NCBI GenBank assembly: GCA_951406725.2 | Contig: OX597833.1 | Coordinates: forward strand, 38,688,001 to 38,752,000 | Direction: 5' to 3' | Length of the DNA stretch: 64,000 bases | Source of the DNA: Octopus vulgaris | Lineage: Eukaryota | Shown here: positions 41,494 to 53,862 of the stretch, piece by piece | Layout of the letters: each line of letters begins with the position of its first letter | How positions within the stretch are numbered: position 1 is the stretch's first letter | Made by a program: the position numbers and the translations under genes | Notes under the pieces: generated by a model | Seen by the model: only the letters and a program-made list of their open reading frames with translations | Told to the model about the DNA's origin: nothing | The model's database searches: none

Positions 41494-41770
41494 AGGCATA
41501 GATGCGGCTATGTGGTAAGCAGTTTGCTTCCCAATCACATGGTTCCAGGTTCGGTCTCAGTGCTTGGTACCTTGGGCTGGTGTCTTCCAAAGCCTCGGAC
41601 TGGCCAAAGCCTTATAAGTGCATCTGGTAGATGAAACTGAAAGAAGCCTGTTGTATATGTATATACATATGAATATCTATGTGCATGTGTTTTTGTGTCT
41701 GTATTTGTCCCCACCACTGCCTGTTGGTGTGTTTACGTCCATGTAACTTGGTAGTTCAGCAAAAGAGACC
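41494..41770 (+). mobile_element. SINE family A, 3'-truncated
   Basis: Head AGGCATAGATGCGGCTATGTGGTAAGCAG, colinear with the family. Confidence 0.75.
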
Positions 41771-42099
41771 AACACCATGATATTTCACATGTTTTTCTAT
41801 GGTGTCATGGTTTGGACGGATTATCTCAGGCTGTTTCAGTATATATACACATCAACAAAGAACCTTCCCCAACGCAGTAACTTTGGTGCTGTGTATGTGC
41901 ATTTAACAGCACCTCTAGTCATGGAAAAGTTGTACCATGTAGGAAGATGAAAGGGTCCCATCTACACTGTATTAGTTTTTATTTAGAGTTACGATTTTCC
42001 TAGATGGATAGCTTGCACTGTGTGTGTGTATTCAGAGTATATTACTTGGCTGTAACAAAATAAAAATATAAGGAAAATTATTATATCAATGACTAACAC

Positions 42100-42140
42100 T
42101 GCTGGTGGTGGTGGTGGTGGTGGTGGTGGTGGTGCTGCTG

Positions 42141-42195
<55 letters not shown>
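42100..42195. repeat. Compound trinucleotide repeat (GGT)n(GCT)n(ACT)n
   Basis: Direct reading. Confidence 0.95.
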
Positions 42196-42197
<2 letters not shown>

Positions 42198-42859
42198 AGA
42201 TCCATCAAAACCACATGTATGACTGGTGCTACTGTTACTGCTATAGCCAATTGCAGCCATTGCTGCTGATGCTACCAATACTACTATAATCATCACCATT
42301 ACAACATCATTAGTGGCTATCACCATTAATCTCACCATTAAAAACCCACTGACATGACAGTCTGCAATAATGCTATCGCCACTGACCAAAGCAGTGAGAA
42401 TGTTCATCTGGTGCTGTACAAAATACAGAGGCAGATGGTAAATGTCCTGGCTGATGAGAGAAGGCAGGGAGGACAAAGATGAAGGAGATGGGTGACAGCC
42501 AGCATCCATTGATGAGCATAACATGGGAAAAATTTTGGAGCAGTGAAGTAGTAGGAGGCAGAAAGAGCAAGGATTCCATCTCCTGTTACATGGTGAGGAA
42601 TACTGAGATATGCGTATGTTATTGAGAATGGGTGGATGTTAAGAACGGATAAATCATTTCTGTTTCACTCAGAAAATGTGTTCTCATACTCTCCCACAGG
42701 ACATTTAAAATAAACATTGTAGGACAAGATGTCAAGTAGAATATGGCTTTGGGTTATTCAGGAGAACAGTGAAGTGATGAGGAGTTGATTTGCAAGGCCA
42801 AGCAATAAAAAAAAAAAAAAAAACCCATGCCCCGGAAGCTAGCGTGCTCCACTGGATAG

Positions 42860-43420
42860 GTAATATCAGAGCAGGTAATGCATATGACAGAGTGCAAATG
42901 ATTTAAGAGGAAAAGTGGGTATAAGAGACATCAGATGTGTGCAAGAGAGAAGACTGTACTGGTTTGGTCATGTGATGTGTATGGATGAGGACAGCTGTGT
43001 GGAGAAATGCCAAGCTCTAATTATGGATGGTACCTGTGGAAGGGGTAGACTCAAGAAGACAGGGGTAGACTCAGGAAGACAAGGATCTTTGGATGCTGGA
43101 CCTTGCTAAGGAAATGACAAGAGACTGGGGGATGCGGCGATTTGCTGTACTTGACAAGACACATAAAGCTGAGTAAAATCACTGTCTTCCACACATACAG
43201 GCTTGTCCTTTCACGGTGCTGGTGCTGTGTTAATGTACACATACCGGTTACAAATAAAAAGCACCTGGTACACTGTTAAGTGGTTGGCATTAGAAAGGGT
43301 ATCCAGCTGTAGTAACAATACCACAACAGGCAATTAGAGTCTGGCCAGCTTCATGTCAAACTGTCCAATCCATGCCAGTATAGAGAGCAGATGTTAAATG
43401 ATCATGTCAATAATGATGAT
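42860..43420 (+). mobile_element. RTE-type LINE 3' end: ORF C-terminus plus 3' UTR (family B sequence)
   Basis: GIRDIRCVQERRLYWFGHVMCMDEDSCVEKCQALIMDGTCGRGRLKKT (cf. RLRWFGHVxRM...GxRxRGRPRKTW), running into GTGGTTGGCATTAGAAAGGGTATCCAGCTGTAG and an ATG-rich tail. Confidence 0.85.
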
Positions 43421-43559
43421 TACTTTGTCAATCTCAACTTTAAAACAAGAACACCAAATTCTTCAGAGAAGGTCACAGCTGCAGTTCCTGTTGTTTAGCC
43501 TCCACATTCAACAGACCTTTGATCAAAGATGTTCCAGCCTTTTATTTAGATATATAATA

Positions 43560-43777
43560 TACAAAGGGTTGCTGAAAAGTTCTTGGCTTTGGGTAAAAGA
43601 AAATACAGGAAGATCAATTAATTATGATTTTATTCAACATATTCCCCTCACAGGTTCACACACTTATTGCAGTTGTCCTTCAGTTTTCTAAGCCCTGTAA
43701 AAGAACTTGGAAGGTTAGGCTTCCAACCGGGCCTTTTGCAATATCCTTAAAGCCAGGAACTTTTCAGCACCCTCTCA
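43560..43777. mobile_element. mariner-derived MITE
   Basis: ~30-bp TIRs TACAAAGGGTTGCTGAAAAGTTCTTGGCTTT / AAAGCCAGGAACTTTTCAGCACCCTCTCA. Confidence 0.8.
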
Positions 43778-44243
43778 TTCCCTAATCTGTCCTTCCATTT
43801 TAAAGACAGCAGGGTGTCTACTATCTAATATATTAAAGACAGAGACTTGTCTACTATCTATGGTGGCTAGAACAACTGTATAGAAATTCCTTAATGATGC
43901 TCGTTAGCTTCAGGTCAACCTTAGTCAAATAGACCTATGACCAAAAACATTGTAACCATGACTATCTCGATTTTACTCCGCACCCCGCCCAACACATGCG
44001 TCTTTCTTTAAGACAGAAGGATGTGATGATAATGAGATAGAAAAGAGATTTAGCTGCTATGTCTGGAAGATCAGAGATTCTTCATCAGTTTGTTGTTGTT
44101 TGAAAGGGGTTGTGATTGTCGAAGCTACTGCTGCTGTTGTTCTGATGGTGGTGGTGGAGGTGGTATGAAGAGAAGCTAGAGATTGTAAATAATTACGATG
44201 AAAATAAATAAAACCACTGAGCAACAATAAAAGTAATTATAGA

Positions 44244-44280
<37 letters not shown>

Positions 44281-44839
44281 GGGGAATGTGTGTGTATATA
44301 TATATATTTGTAAATGCATGTGTGGGCATGCGAGTATTTGTGTCTGTAATTGTATGTGTAATTGCTTCAATAAACATGTATGTATCTGTATTCGAATGCA
44401 GGTATGCATGTGTGTAATTGCCTCAGTAAAGTGTACATATCAATGTAATTGCTTCAACGAGCATGTATGTATATGTCTATGTACCCCCACCAATATAATG
44501 CCTTATTTAATTTCAAGAGAGAAAGTTGAAAGATTGACAAACATGCTCTGCCTCCATCCCCAGGCACTCTATTTCATGCCTGCATTCTAACCAAACCTTG
44601 ATGTATGTATCTCCTTAGCAATATATTTATTGATGCTAGCTAGATATGTGCTGCCTTAGGATAAGGGAAAAGCAAATAAAGGGAACATGACATACATAGG
44701 CATACCATTGTAACAATAATACATGAGTGCAACACATATATATGCACTGCAAATTTTATGCACATAGATATTCACATAACTGTACACAGTATACTGCTTA
44801 CAATATAACGCACCAATAAACGCAACTCACAGATTGTAC

Positions 44840-44878
44840 AATATACATACATACATATATATATATACACACACACAC

Positions 44879-44922
<44 letters not shown>

Positions 44923-44951
44923 ATATATATACACATATATATACATATTAC

Positions 44952-44982
<31 letters not shown>

Positions 44983-45055
44983 CACATACATGTATTATAC
45001 ATATATATATATACACACACATATATATGTATACATATAGATATATACACACACT
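44840..45055. repeat. Compound (TA)n/(CA)n/(TACA)n microsatellite
   Basis: Direct reading. Confidence 0.95.
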
Positions 45056-45819
45056 CAATATAATACACTTTACAGCACAATATACACATCACACACCATA
45101 TCTATACATAACACAATGTATATATCTCAACACACAGACTCTGACAATATACATACATATGCTGTGTAATATAAACTTGAGTACTAGGTAAATACATTCA
45201 GCCAATTGTGTGCATAGACACACATAAGAACAAGCAATATAGAAATACACATACTATACAATATGCTAACTAAATATGGACACACATAATTAAAACATTA
45301 AGAATACAGGAGTACAATTCGTGTAATATGCACAATATTCATATACACTGCACAGTATAGAAATACACCAGTAATATTGGTGCACATGTGTATGCACTGT
45401 AAGTATATACAACATGGAGTGTAACTCTTTAAGTGTTGTGACTCACTTTCTTTTGTGTATCACCTCGTAAATGCAAATGATGAAAATTAGCAAGCTACCT
45501 TCTGATATTCAAAACAGAATTTTAAAATATTTGTTAATAAGTACCTTTGCTTAGATAAACACTGCCAAATGCTTCAATTTCATCTCTATTCCTATTAACT
45601 ATATTAAGTAATGAATTTGAAATAATTGCTGTTTAAAGTAGAGTAAAATTAGAACTGTAAAAACAAGAAAATAAAAATAAAATCTCTCTACAAAAGTTTT
45701 GATTCTAAAAAAAAAATTCTAGATTATTGTTGAAATATAAATTATTTATTGCAGTTAGAATTTTGAAAATAGGATTTAGTTTAACCCAAATTAAATCATG
45801 ATTCTAGGATAATAATTAT

Positions 45820-46300
45820 TTTGTAGTTGGCTAGATTTTTCAATCATGTAGGCTCCAATTTGTACCATTCTTCTTCAACAGACACATAAATATTCCTTAT
45901 TATTGGAAGTTCTGAATTCAGCTTTGATTTAATGATCTCACATTTTTCAATAGAACTTTAGGTCTGGAGACTATCCAGACCTGAACAAAGTCTCAATTGT
46001 GTGTTCTTGGAAAAACGTTTCAAGACTCTTTGGACAGAATAAGCAAGTAGATCACCATGTTGGTATATTGCCAAACTAGGAATGAGTAAACTATTGTATA
46101 AAGAAGACAGAAATGCTTCTGTACCATTTCTCTTTTTTGTATAATATCATGATAGTGATGCTTTCATTGCAACACCTTCCACTGGTTAAAACAACTTCAC
46201 ACCATTATATCATCACCGTCACATTCTTTTGATGGTTATGGGCAATCTTCCATGAGTGTTTCATTTGATCTTCTCAAACATAATAGCCATCAAAGGAAGA
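45820..46300 (-). mobile_element. Fossil Tc1-like transposase fragment
   Basis: Minus strand: IYQHG...FQEHTIETLFRSG*SPDL (SPDL at 45970-45959) then a frameshifted IE, and VEEEWYKLEPT*LKNLA. Compare IFQHDGAP...WPGNSPDLNPIENLW...EEWxKI. Confidence 0.65.
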
Positions 46301-46559
46301 GAAGGGAGGATTTTGATTCATCTAAGAGAAAATCCGGCCTCCTCACATTTTTTTTAAACATTCAAAGAGTTGATATCTGTTCAGCAAATATTTTAGTAAC
46401 TAGGATTTTCAAATAAAAGTCCTACAACAGATTCCAGATAACTTTCAAGATATACTAATCAGGTATCTATCAGGCTGTATGGAAAGTTTTTTCTGGTTAC
46501 AAGTTGGAATCTATAGAAACCTCTTCTTTTTGTAAAAGCTATAAATATTAATGGCATTC

Positions 46560-47400
46560 CCTGATATATGAGCATCTTATGTGCTGTTACTGTAAAGAAA
46601 ATACTATACTTTAGTATATCAATTTTCTATTGGTTGAATGCAGCAGAGCATCAACAAAGATTATATTTTGGATAACATAATGCTAAAGACAAAACTTGCA
46701 AGGAATCCTGCTGTAAAAGTGAGAGAGAGATTTCACTGAATTTAATGTTTACATTCAGAAGTTAGGTAAAGTGTCAAAGTGGGGAAAATAGGGTCATCAT
46801 GCTCTTTCAGCAGCAAGTCATCAACAAGACTTGACAGCTGTGAATTGCCCCAGACACATAAACCTCCAAGAACTATTTTGAAACTTGATCCTGACTGGAA
46901 ATGAGAAATATTATCTTTACAGTAATATTAAAGTGCAGGAGACAGAGACTAAGCCCAAATCAAAAAGCTCTGTATCATATCCACAAAGTGAACTTCACTC
47001 TTAAAATATTCCATGGAAGTTTAAAGAAATGGTTATTATGTGCTTTTTGGGTTGAATCAAACAATCACTTCTGAAATGCAATGTTAGTAAATTCACTGTT
47101 TTGGATAGCAAACTTCCTGATTTAATAAACTGTTGTAGAATGGGTAGTCCTCTTTTATCTTCATAATGCTCAACCTCAGATTGTACAAGTGACAAAAATG
47201 TCATGATCTTGGTTGGATGGAACAAAATGTTACACTTTCTATGTTCTCCAAACCTTGCTCCAGACTCCCTACTTATTGTGAATTTTGTGAAGCCACACAT
47301 AAGACAGAAAATGAATTAGATCTATCTTTTTCTCTAATAGCTTTGCAAACTACTCCAGAACACAAATGGTGACTACAGCCGATATGATCTCACAACTTGT
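46560..47400 (+). mobile_element. Fossil mariner transposase
   Basis: QKLGKVSKWGK*GHHALS (WVPHEL region); LILTGNEKYYLYSN at 46885 (TGDEKW); PQSELH; LHNAQPQ at ~47160 (HDNARPH); GWNKMLHFLCSPNLAPDS at 47215-47268 (YSPDLAPSD). Multiple stops and frameshifts. Confidence 0.85.
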
Positions 47401-47431
47401 TGGGCTAGTAGTACTGCACCTAACTCAATCT

Positions 47432-47770
47432 GTGAAGGCACATGGGTCAGTGGTTAGAGTGCCGGGCTCACAATCATGAGGTAGTGAATTTGATTACTGG
47501 ACTGGGCTGTATGTTGTGTTCTTAAGCAAGACACTTTATTTTACATTGCTCCAGTTCACTCAGCTGTAGGAAATGAGCTGCGATGTCACTGGTGCCAAGG
47601 TGTATTGGCCTCTACCTCTCCCTTGGATAACATCAGTGGTGTGGAGAGGAGGAGGCTAGTATGCATGGGTGACTACCGGTCTTCCATAAACAACCTTGCC
47701 CAGACTTGTGCCTCGGAGGGGAACTTTCTGGGTGTAATCCCATGGTCATTCATGACCAAAGGGGGTCTTT
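47432..47770 (+). mobile_element. tRNA-derived SINE, family D, full-length
   Basis: GTGAAGGCACATGGGTCAGTGGTTAGAG head; colinear with 20612-20935. Confidence 0.82.
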
Positions 47771-48944
47771 GCTTACTTACTAAACTCAATCATCTTGCAA
47801 TACAAATATTTAACCAACTAAAGTGTGAAAGGAATAAAACTAACCCCTACTACTAACCACTGGATACTACTGAACCAAATTTTGCTGCAATAAGTTTAAT
47901 GAAATATGCAAGGAAATTTTGATGAGATTGAGGTTGCAATTGTCCATCTTGTACAATGCCACAGTCATACCTTTAATGATACAGTAACTTATTCATGTCA
48001 TTAAAATAAGGGCCTCATGTTTGAACCCTACATTTTACTACAACACCTCTTCACCACATACACACACACACAACCACGAAATAAAGATGGGATGGCCATA
48101 AATACAAGCAAACATGGAATGCTTCGTTTGATTGGCTACCACAGTATCACAATAGCTTTGCTTGAGCAGAGTAGGTCATGACTACAACCAACACTACCAC
48201 AAGACTTCCAACAACAACAACAACGACAAGTTAATGATCCAACTCTTGACAAACTATTGACAAACACTAATATACAACTGCAACCCTTCCACCATATTTC
48301 TTAAGTTGTTTTTAAATCCACAACCACTGGTTGTGGCATTAATAATTCACAACAACTATTATAGCTGCATTAATCCCATTTTGTTCGTTGTTGTTGTTGT
48401 CGTTGTCAGGAGAGCATTAGAGCATAATGTAATTTAGCAAGAAAGCAATTGGCTTCGAGTTATCTTCAAATGATTTTACTGTTGGATTGCATTGGCTTAG
48501 CTTTCTGCTGTGGACTCTGACAGCATTAAGAATAATGTATTTAGAAGAATATTTAACAATAAGCAAAAAAAAAAAAAAAGTAAATAAACAAATGTCTACA
48601 AAAAGGAAACAAAAAGAAAAAGAAAAACAAGAAAGGTGAGTTGTTTTATCAGCCTAAATGCAACATGAAACAAAGAGCTTCTCTGATGATTCTTCAAATG
48701 GGCTTTAACTCTAACTAATTAGTCCCTTAACTCTCTGATCAATATTCTGGATTTGAATTTTGTAAAGTGATTAATTAGTTAAGTGATTTATAACAATTTT
48801 AGCTGAGAAATTAGAGAGAACATTCTGGCCTGCATACACACACCCAACTACACACACATGTATATATAAATCTGGCATAGTTCTAGGAGCTCAATGTTCA
48901 AATAAAAACATTATAGACAACCACATGGATAGTGTGTGTATGTA

Positions 48945-48989
<45 letters not shown>

Positions 48990-49756
48990 TGAGGGATGGA
49001 ACAGGAAAGGAAAGATGAGGATAAAGACAGAGTGAAGGTGAGGGAGCAAGAGGTGGGTGGAGATAGGGAGACAGTTGCAGGATGCTGAGCTTCAAATATT
49101 ATTTCTCTCCTTGCTGGCTTGGTTAAGATGAGTGTAGTCCTCCCCTCTTTCTCTCAATGTCTTCTTCATATGCTGACAGGGAAAATAAAAATACCACCCT
49201 CCCACAAACACCTGTTCTGGTTTTATTCTTACTCACTTGTGACATTCACTCAAAGGTGGACATCCAGGAGAGAGAAAATTAACATATACTGTTGCAGCGG
49301 CAATGACTGTTGATGATGATGATGATGACGATGATGGTGATTTTTAACTTGGTTTATCAAATTAAATAAGCTCCTAGTTCATGACTGGTATCTATATAAT
49401 CAAATTCAGAAGGGTGAAAAGCAAAGTGACCATCAGCATGATTTGAACCCAGAATATAAATGAATATAATTGAATCATTGCTGATTCTGCTACCACACAG
49501 CTCTCAGTAGCAGCAGCAATAATGGTTTCAAACAGTTGATTTAATAAACTCTAGTACACGTACCAATACAGATCACCACCAGTCACTTTGAAACAGTGTG
49601 GTTGTTGTCTGCCCATCCACACTGAGCAGACATGAGAAAGTGCAACAGCTTTGACCATTCTTTGACTATCAGGCATCATGTATCTATGATCAAATTATCC
49701 TTGTTACTAAACCACCTAAGACTGCTCATACTTCTTATGATACTCTTTTACACTTT

Positions 49757-50137
49757 ACTCTTTTACTTGTTTCAGTCATTTGACTGCAGCCATGCTGGAG
49801 CACCACCCTTAGTCGAGCAAATTGACCCCAGGACTTATTCTTTGTAAGCTTAGTACTTATTCTATCAGATTCTTTTGCCGAACCGCTAAGTTACGAGGAC
49901 ATAAACACACAAGCATCAGTTGTCAAGCAATGTTGGGGGTACAAACACAGACACACAAACATACATACACACACATATATATATGACGGGCTTTCAGTTT
50001 CTGTCTACCAAATCCATTCATAAGGCTTTGGTCAGCCTGAGGCTACAGTAGAAGACACTTGACCAAGGTGCCACACAGTAGGACTGAACCCTTACCATGT
50101 GGTTGGTAAGCAAGCTACTTACCACACAGCCACTCCT
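49757..50137 (-). mobile_element. SINE family A, near full-length
   Basis: Highly similar to 4801-5195. Confidence 0.9.
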
Positions 50138-50216
50138 ATTTCCTGTTTTAAAATGATTGAAATTAAAACTTTTCATCAAAACTTCTTGTTAATTTAAGTT
50201 CCATACACAAGTTCAA

Positions 50217-50436
50217 CCCTTGAGCATTCAGATTATTCTGTCAAATACAATGCATATTTATTCACACTGTTTTGAATTAATCATGCACAACCACATACTT
50301 TTGAGATTTCAAAGCTATTCTTGATTATAGTTAGAGTGACATTATAGGGTTAGTGTGAGAGGCCAGATCTAGCCAGTTTGAACATAAAACAGGTAGAATA
50401 TTTGGGCTGAATACGGCTGGTTTAAATGCTAAAGGG
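50217..50436. mobile_element. piggyBac-like MITE P2, nested in a P1-related element (~50140-50569)
   Basis: TCAA|CCCTTGAGCATTC...AATGCTAAAGGG|TTAA. The flanks match the reverse complement of P1 and end in GTAACAAAAGGGTTAA. Confidence 0.8.
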
Positions 50437-51666
50437 TTAATAATGACAGTAAACTGAAGCAGAGGCTACAAATTCCCACAAAAAATATTGTATCAAAAGG
50501 GTTAATAATGACATTAAATTCAAACAGAGACAATGGATTCTCCCAGAAATATTGTAACAAAAGGGTTAACTCTGATGTATTTATTTTTATATTGTAATGT
50601 TTTACATAATTGTTTTTTTCTATATTTATGAGTCAGGTAATGGTTTTTGATGCTGACAGCATTGGAGCAGTTGATTTTACAGTTGAATGCCTTTCTTAAC
50701 ACTCTTCAACGCTTAACTATGAATTAGGAACAGGCCTTGATGTTTCTGTCAGTCAAACTGAAACAAGTAGAACTACGAGCAATGCTAACCAAATAGTAGT
50801 GATATAAACATCAAACTAATAAAACATTAACATAGACAGAAAAAAATACATTAAGCTCAGGCAGGAATCATGGTGTGTTATAAATAAATTATCACATAAC
50901 CACATCAGAGAACTGTATAATTGTTTTTGTAAGGAGATGCTGGAAAAATTACAAACATTGATTCAGAAAAATGAAGAAGCTGTAAATGTAATCCAACATG
51001 TAATCCATTGAGTGTTCAACAGAAATGTTGCTTCTGATCCGATTGATAAAGATGTTTTAAGAAAATAAAAGTAATGATTTCTAATTTTGCAGCAGAAAGA
51101 CAAGCATATATTCCATTAGTTAAAACGTCAATTTGATTTGTAAATCCCAAATCAGAGTCATTATTTTGGAAAATTATACACCTAATTATTTCTTCCTTCC
51201 TTAGCCTCCCCATTAATACCAAAGTTCTGATTAATTTGCTTACTAACACAAAGTGAAAAGAGCTAATCCTTGGGGTAACTTGAACTTTCAACTCAATGAT
51301 TACAAGCTTAGCTAATTATCAATGAAGCTTGTGAAGACTAAATATAAATATGGCCATTTTGCTGTGCTGGAATATGCCAGAAGGATCCTTATTCTAAGTA
51401 AGTTTTAACCTCTTTTAAGTCTTAAGATATCAATCAGCCCTTTGATAGTCTTACAATGAGTTCACTCCCCAAGTGTGTGATAAGACAAAATGAAGAAAGC
51501 AGACAAAAGGCTAATAGCCGTAGCTATTTTTGCAACACTTTCAGATCTGATTATTTACTGTGCCAGCATCAGACATCAAAACATCAGAATTCCAATCCCT
51601 GGAGTTCTCCTATTTATTGGTTGAAGATTTCAGAAAGGGTTAATTCCACATAATTTATAGCTTTAC

Positions 51667-51703
51667 CAAGTCAGGCATAATCAGTCTTAAATAGACAACA
51701 CAG
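51667..51703 (-). other. Candidate 37-nt exon ending ATG CCT GAC TTG (MPDL), phase 0
   Basis: Very long CT-rich tract and acceptor ttcttaatccttcAG; donor TTG|GTAAAG. Confidence 0.35.
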
Positions 51704-53049
51704 CTGAAGGATTAAGAACAGAAAGAGATTAATAGAGAGGAGAGAGAGAGAGAAAGAGAGAGAGGGAAAGAGAGAGAGAGAGAGGAATGGGAGAGGGATA
51801 TAGAAGGCAAAAGAAAGAAACAGAAAGATAGAAATGGTGTGAGGGAATGAAAGTTGGTGGGGGATACAACCTACCATAAGAAATAGTAACAAAAAAGTAA
51901 AAAAAAAAATGAAAACAAAAATAATTCTTTATAAATTGGATTATTAACAGAAACATAAAGAACACCCTTTTATAACAACAACAACAATTAGTATTGATTT
52001 CTTACAGCAATAACATCAAGAAGAATTAAAAGTGAAAGCTTGGAAAATTGAAAAGAATAGTTTCAATGAAACTGAACAGCTGTTTAGTAGAAGAAACCAA
52101 TGAAAATATCAAGTTTACACTGCAGGGTCACAATCAGCTTTGTAATTACACAAAAAAATAAACTTAGCCATCTCAAGTCCACAGGGTCCATTCGGAAATC
52201 ACATGGTTTATGCTTATTATAAAAACACATTAACAAGATAAAAGTGACCCAGGAAAGTTATAAGTAAATATATATATATTGATGGAAAATCTGAATCTGA
52301 GCCGTTTGAACAAACAACATTAGAGCTTTTAGCTAGCTCGAATCACAAAACATCTTAATTACTGTTTTTTGTCATGTTGTCCTTGTTTGTATTGGATGAG
52401 AGATTTAGAGATAGCGGATTTGTTGAAGTAAACAGATATTACAACTGGAAACTGGATGTTCTTCCTACTACAAGGAAGCATTTATGCAACCACTTGACCT
52501 CCGAGAAACATAACAACTAAATCTTTCTGATAACTCAATCTAACATTTTTAATAAAAGGGTTGACAAAAGAAATATTTTTAATAAGACTGCTAGATTAGG
52601 GGTAAACAACCAGTGTCTTTCATCAGGCTTGCGGAACTGGAGCTATATATTTCAAATACACAATCAAATGCTTGTAGTAAAAATTGAACTTATGACTTTG
52701 CAGTCCTCAGACTACTGTATTTCCTTAATACCAGTCATTGCATCTATCTCAATGAAACCTAAGAAATAACGGAAGAAAACTTGCCCTTTTTAAATTCTTC
52801 CAAATATTTTCAACAGAAGCAGTTGTAAATAAATGTAAATTTTTATCAGGAAAAACACTTTTCTGAACTGACTAAAGCTCACAACCATAGTACCTAGATA
52901 TAAATATATATTTTCTCATAACATCATCTTGAAATGTATCTGGACACATTACCAGTAATGTATCTTGGAATCATTGGATCTTTGAAGTCCTTCAACTATT
53001 AGGCAACCCTCCTCTACTGCCAGGGTTGATCAACCCTCAGCTCATGTCC

Positions 53050-53360
53050 AGCTAGTACTATCCAATGTAGCACTGCTCCTTCTAGGACTCATACCTTCTG
53101 ACACACAACCACTTGAATCCATCTCTGCTGTCTTCAGAGCCAATTTGTGGCTTTCTGCCTAGTGGCCCCTGCAGGGCCCAGCATGTAGTAGACTCTGCAG
53201 AGTGACTGGCATGAAACTTTCTGAAGCACAATTCAATGGAATCACCTTTTGCTTGCTATCCAAAATTACAGCATAATTCAATCCATTCTTCTCATTTGCC
53301 AACTCAATACAGTCTTCTCAGGGATTGGTGAGTTGTAACATAACCACCAATGAGAAAAGG
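53050..53360 (-). mobile_element. Fossil RLE-type non-LTR retrotransposon C-terminus (HERO-like)
   Basis: LVVMLQLTNP*EDCIELANEKNGLNYAV (cf. ELTVPWEDRxEEANERKxxKY) and ATRQKATNWL.KTAEMDSS (cf. RxKAIxxxSEAAExASxWLW). Confidence 0.6.
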
Positions 53361-53529
53361 AAACCGTACCAACTTCTGAATTTCATGTAAACCCACAACA
53401 CAGACAACTACATAGAGCAATAAATATGAATTCCTGGCAAGTTGATTCGCGATTAGTACAACTCCAATTCCCATATGCTACCAACACTAATGGCTTTTTA
53501 TTTTTATCTAATGGATAAAAGTTATAAAT

Positions 53530-53862
53530 TGACAGCCAAGTGAAATCGTAGTCATGGTCGATGCCAGTGTCACGTAACTGGCACCTGTGCCAGTGGCTCG
53601 TGAAAAAGCACCCTTTGAACATTGGACTTTTGATAATATACCGTGCTTGAGAATACCTGTCAAGCCAAGTGAGATCGTAGTTGTGGCTGGCACCAGTGTT
53701 ATGTAACTGGTACCTGTGCTGGTGGTACATAAAAAGCACCTACTATACTCTTGGAGTGGCATCAAGCTGTAGAAATCATGCCAAATCATATTGGAATCTA
53801 GTGCTACTTCCTGACTTACCAGTTTTTAGTCAAACCATCCAGCCCATGCCAGCATAGAAAAC
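53530..53862 (+). mobile_element. Family B / RTE 3' UTR with an internal duplicated unit
   Basis: Two copies of AGCCAAGTGA(A/G)ATCGTAGT...TAACTGG(C/T)ACCTGTGC...AAAAAGCACC, then the CCCATGCCAGCATAGAAAA end. Confidence 0.75.

Noticed and set aside
42360-42800. Minus ORFs of 109 and 68 aa
   Set aside because: No homology recognised; probably a very old LINE remnant next to trinucleotide repeats.
47001-47300. 99-aa minus-strand ORF
   Set aside because: Antisense shadow of the plus-strand mariner fossil.
48440-48640. Strong minus-strand acceptor at ~48596 and nearby frame SPQQKAKPMQSNSKII*
   Set aside because: No good donor, and it is followed by low-complexity T-rich sequence; cannot be distinguished from chance.
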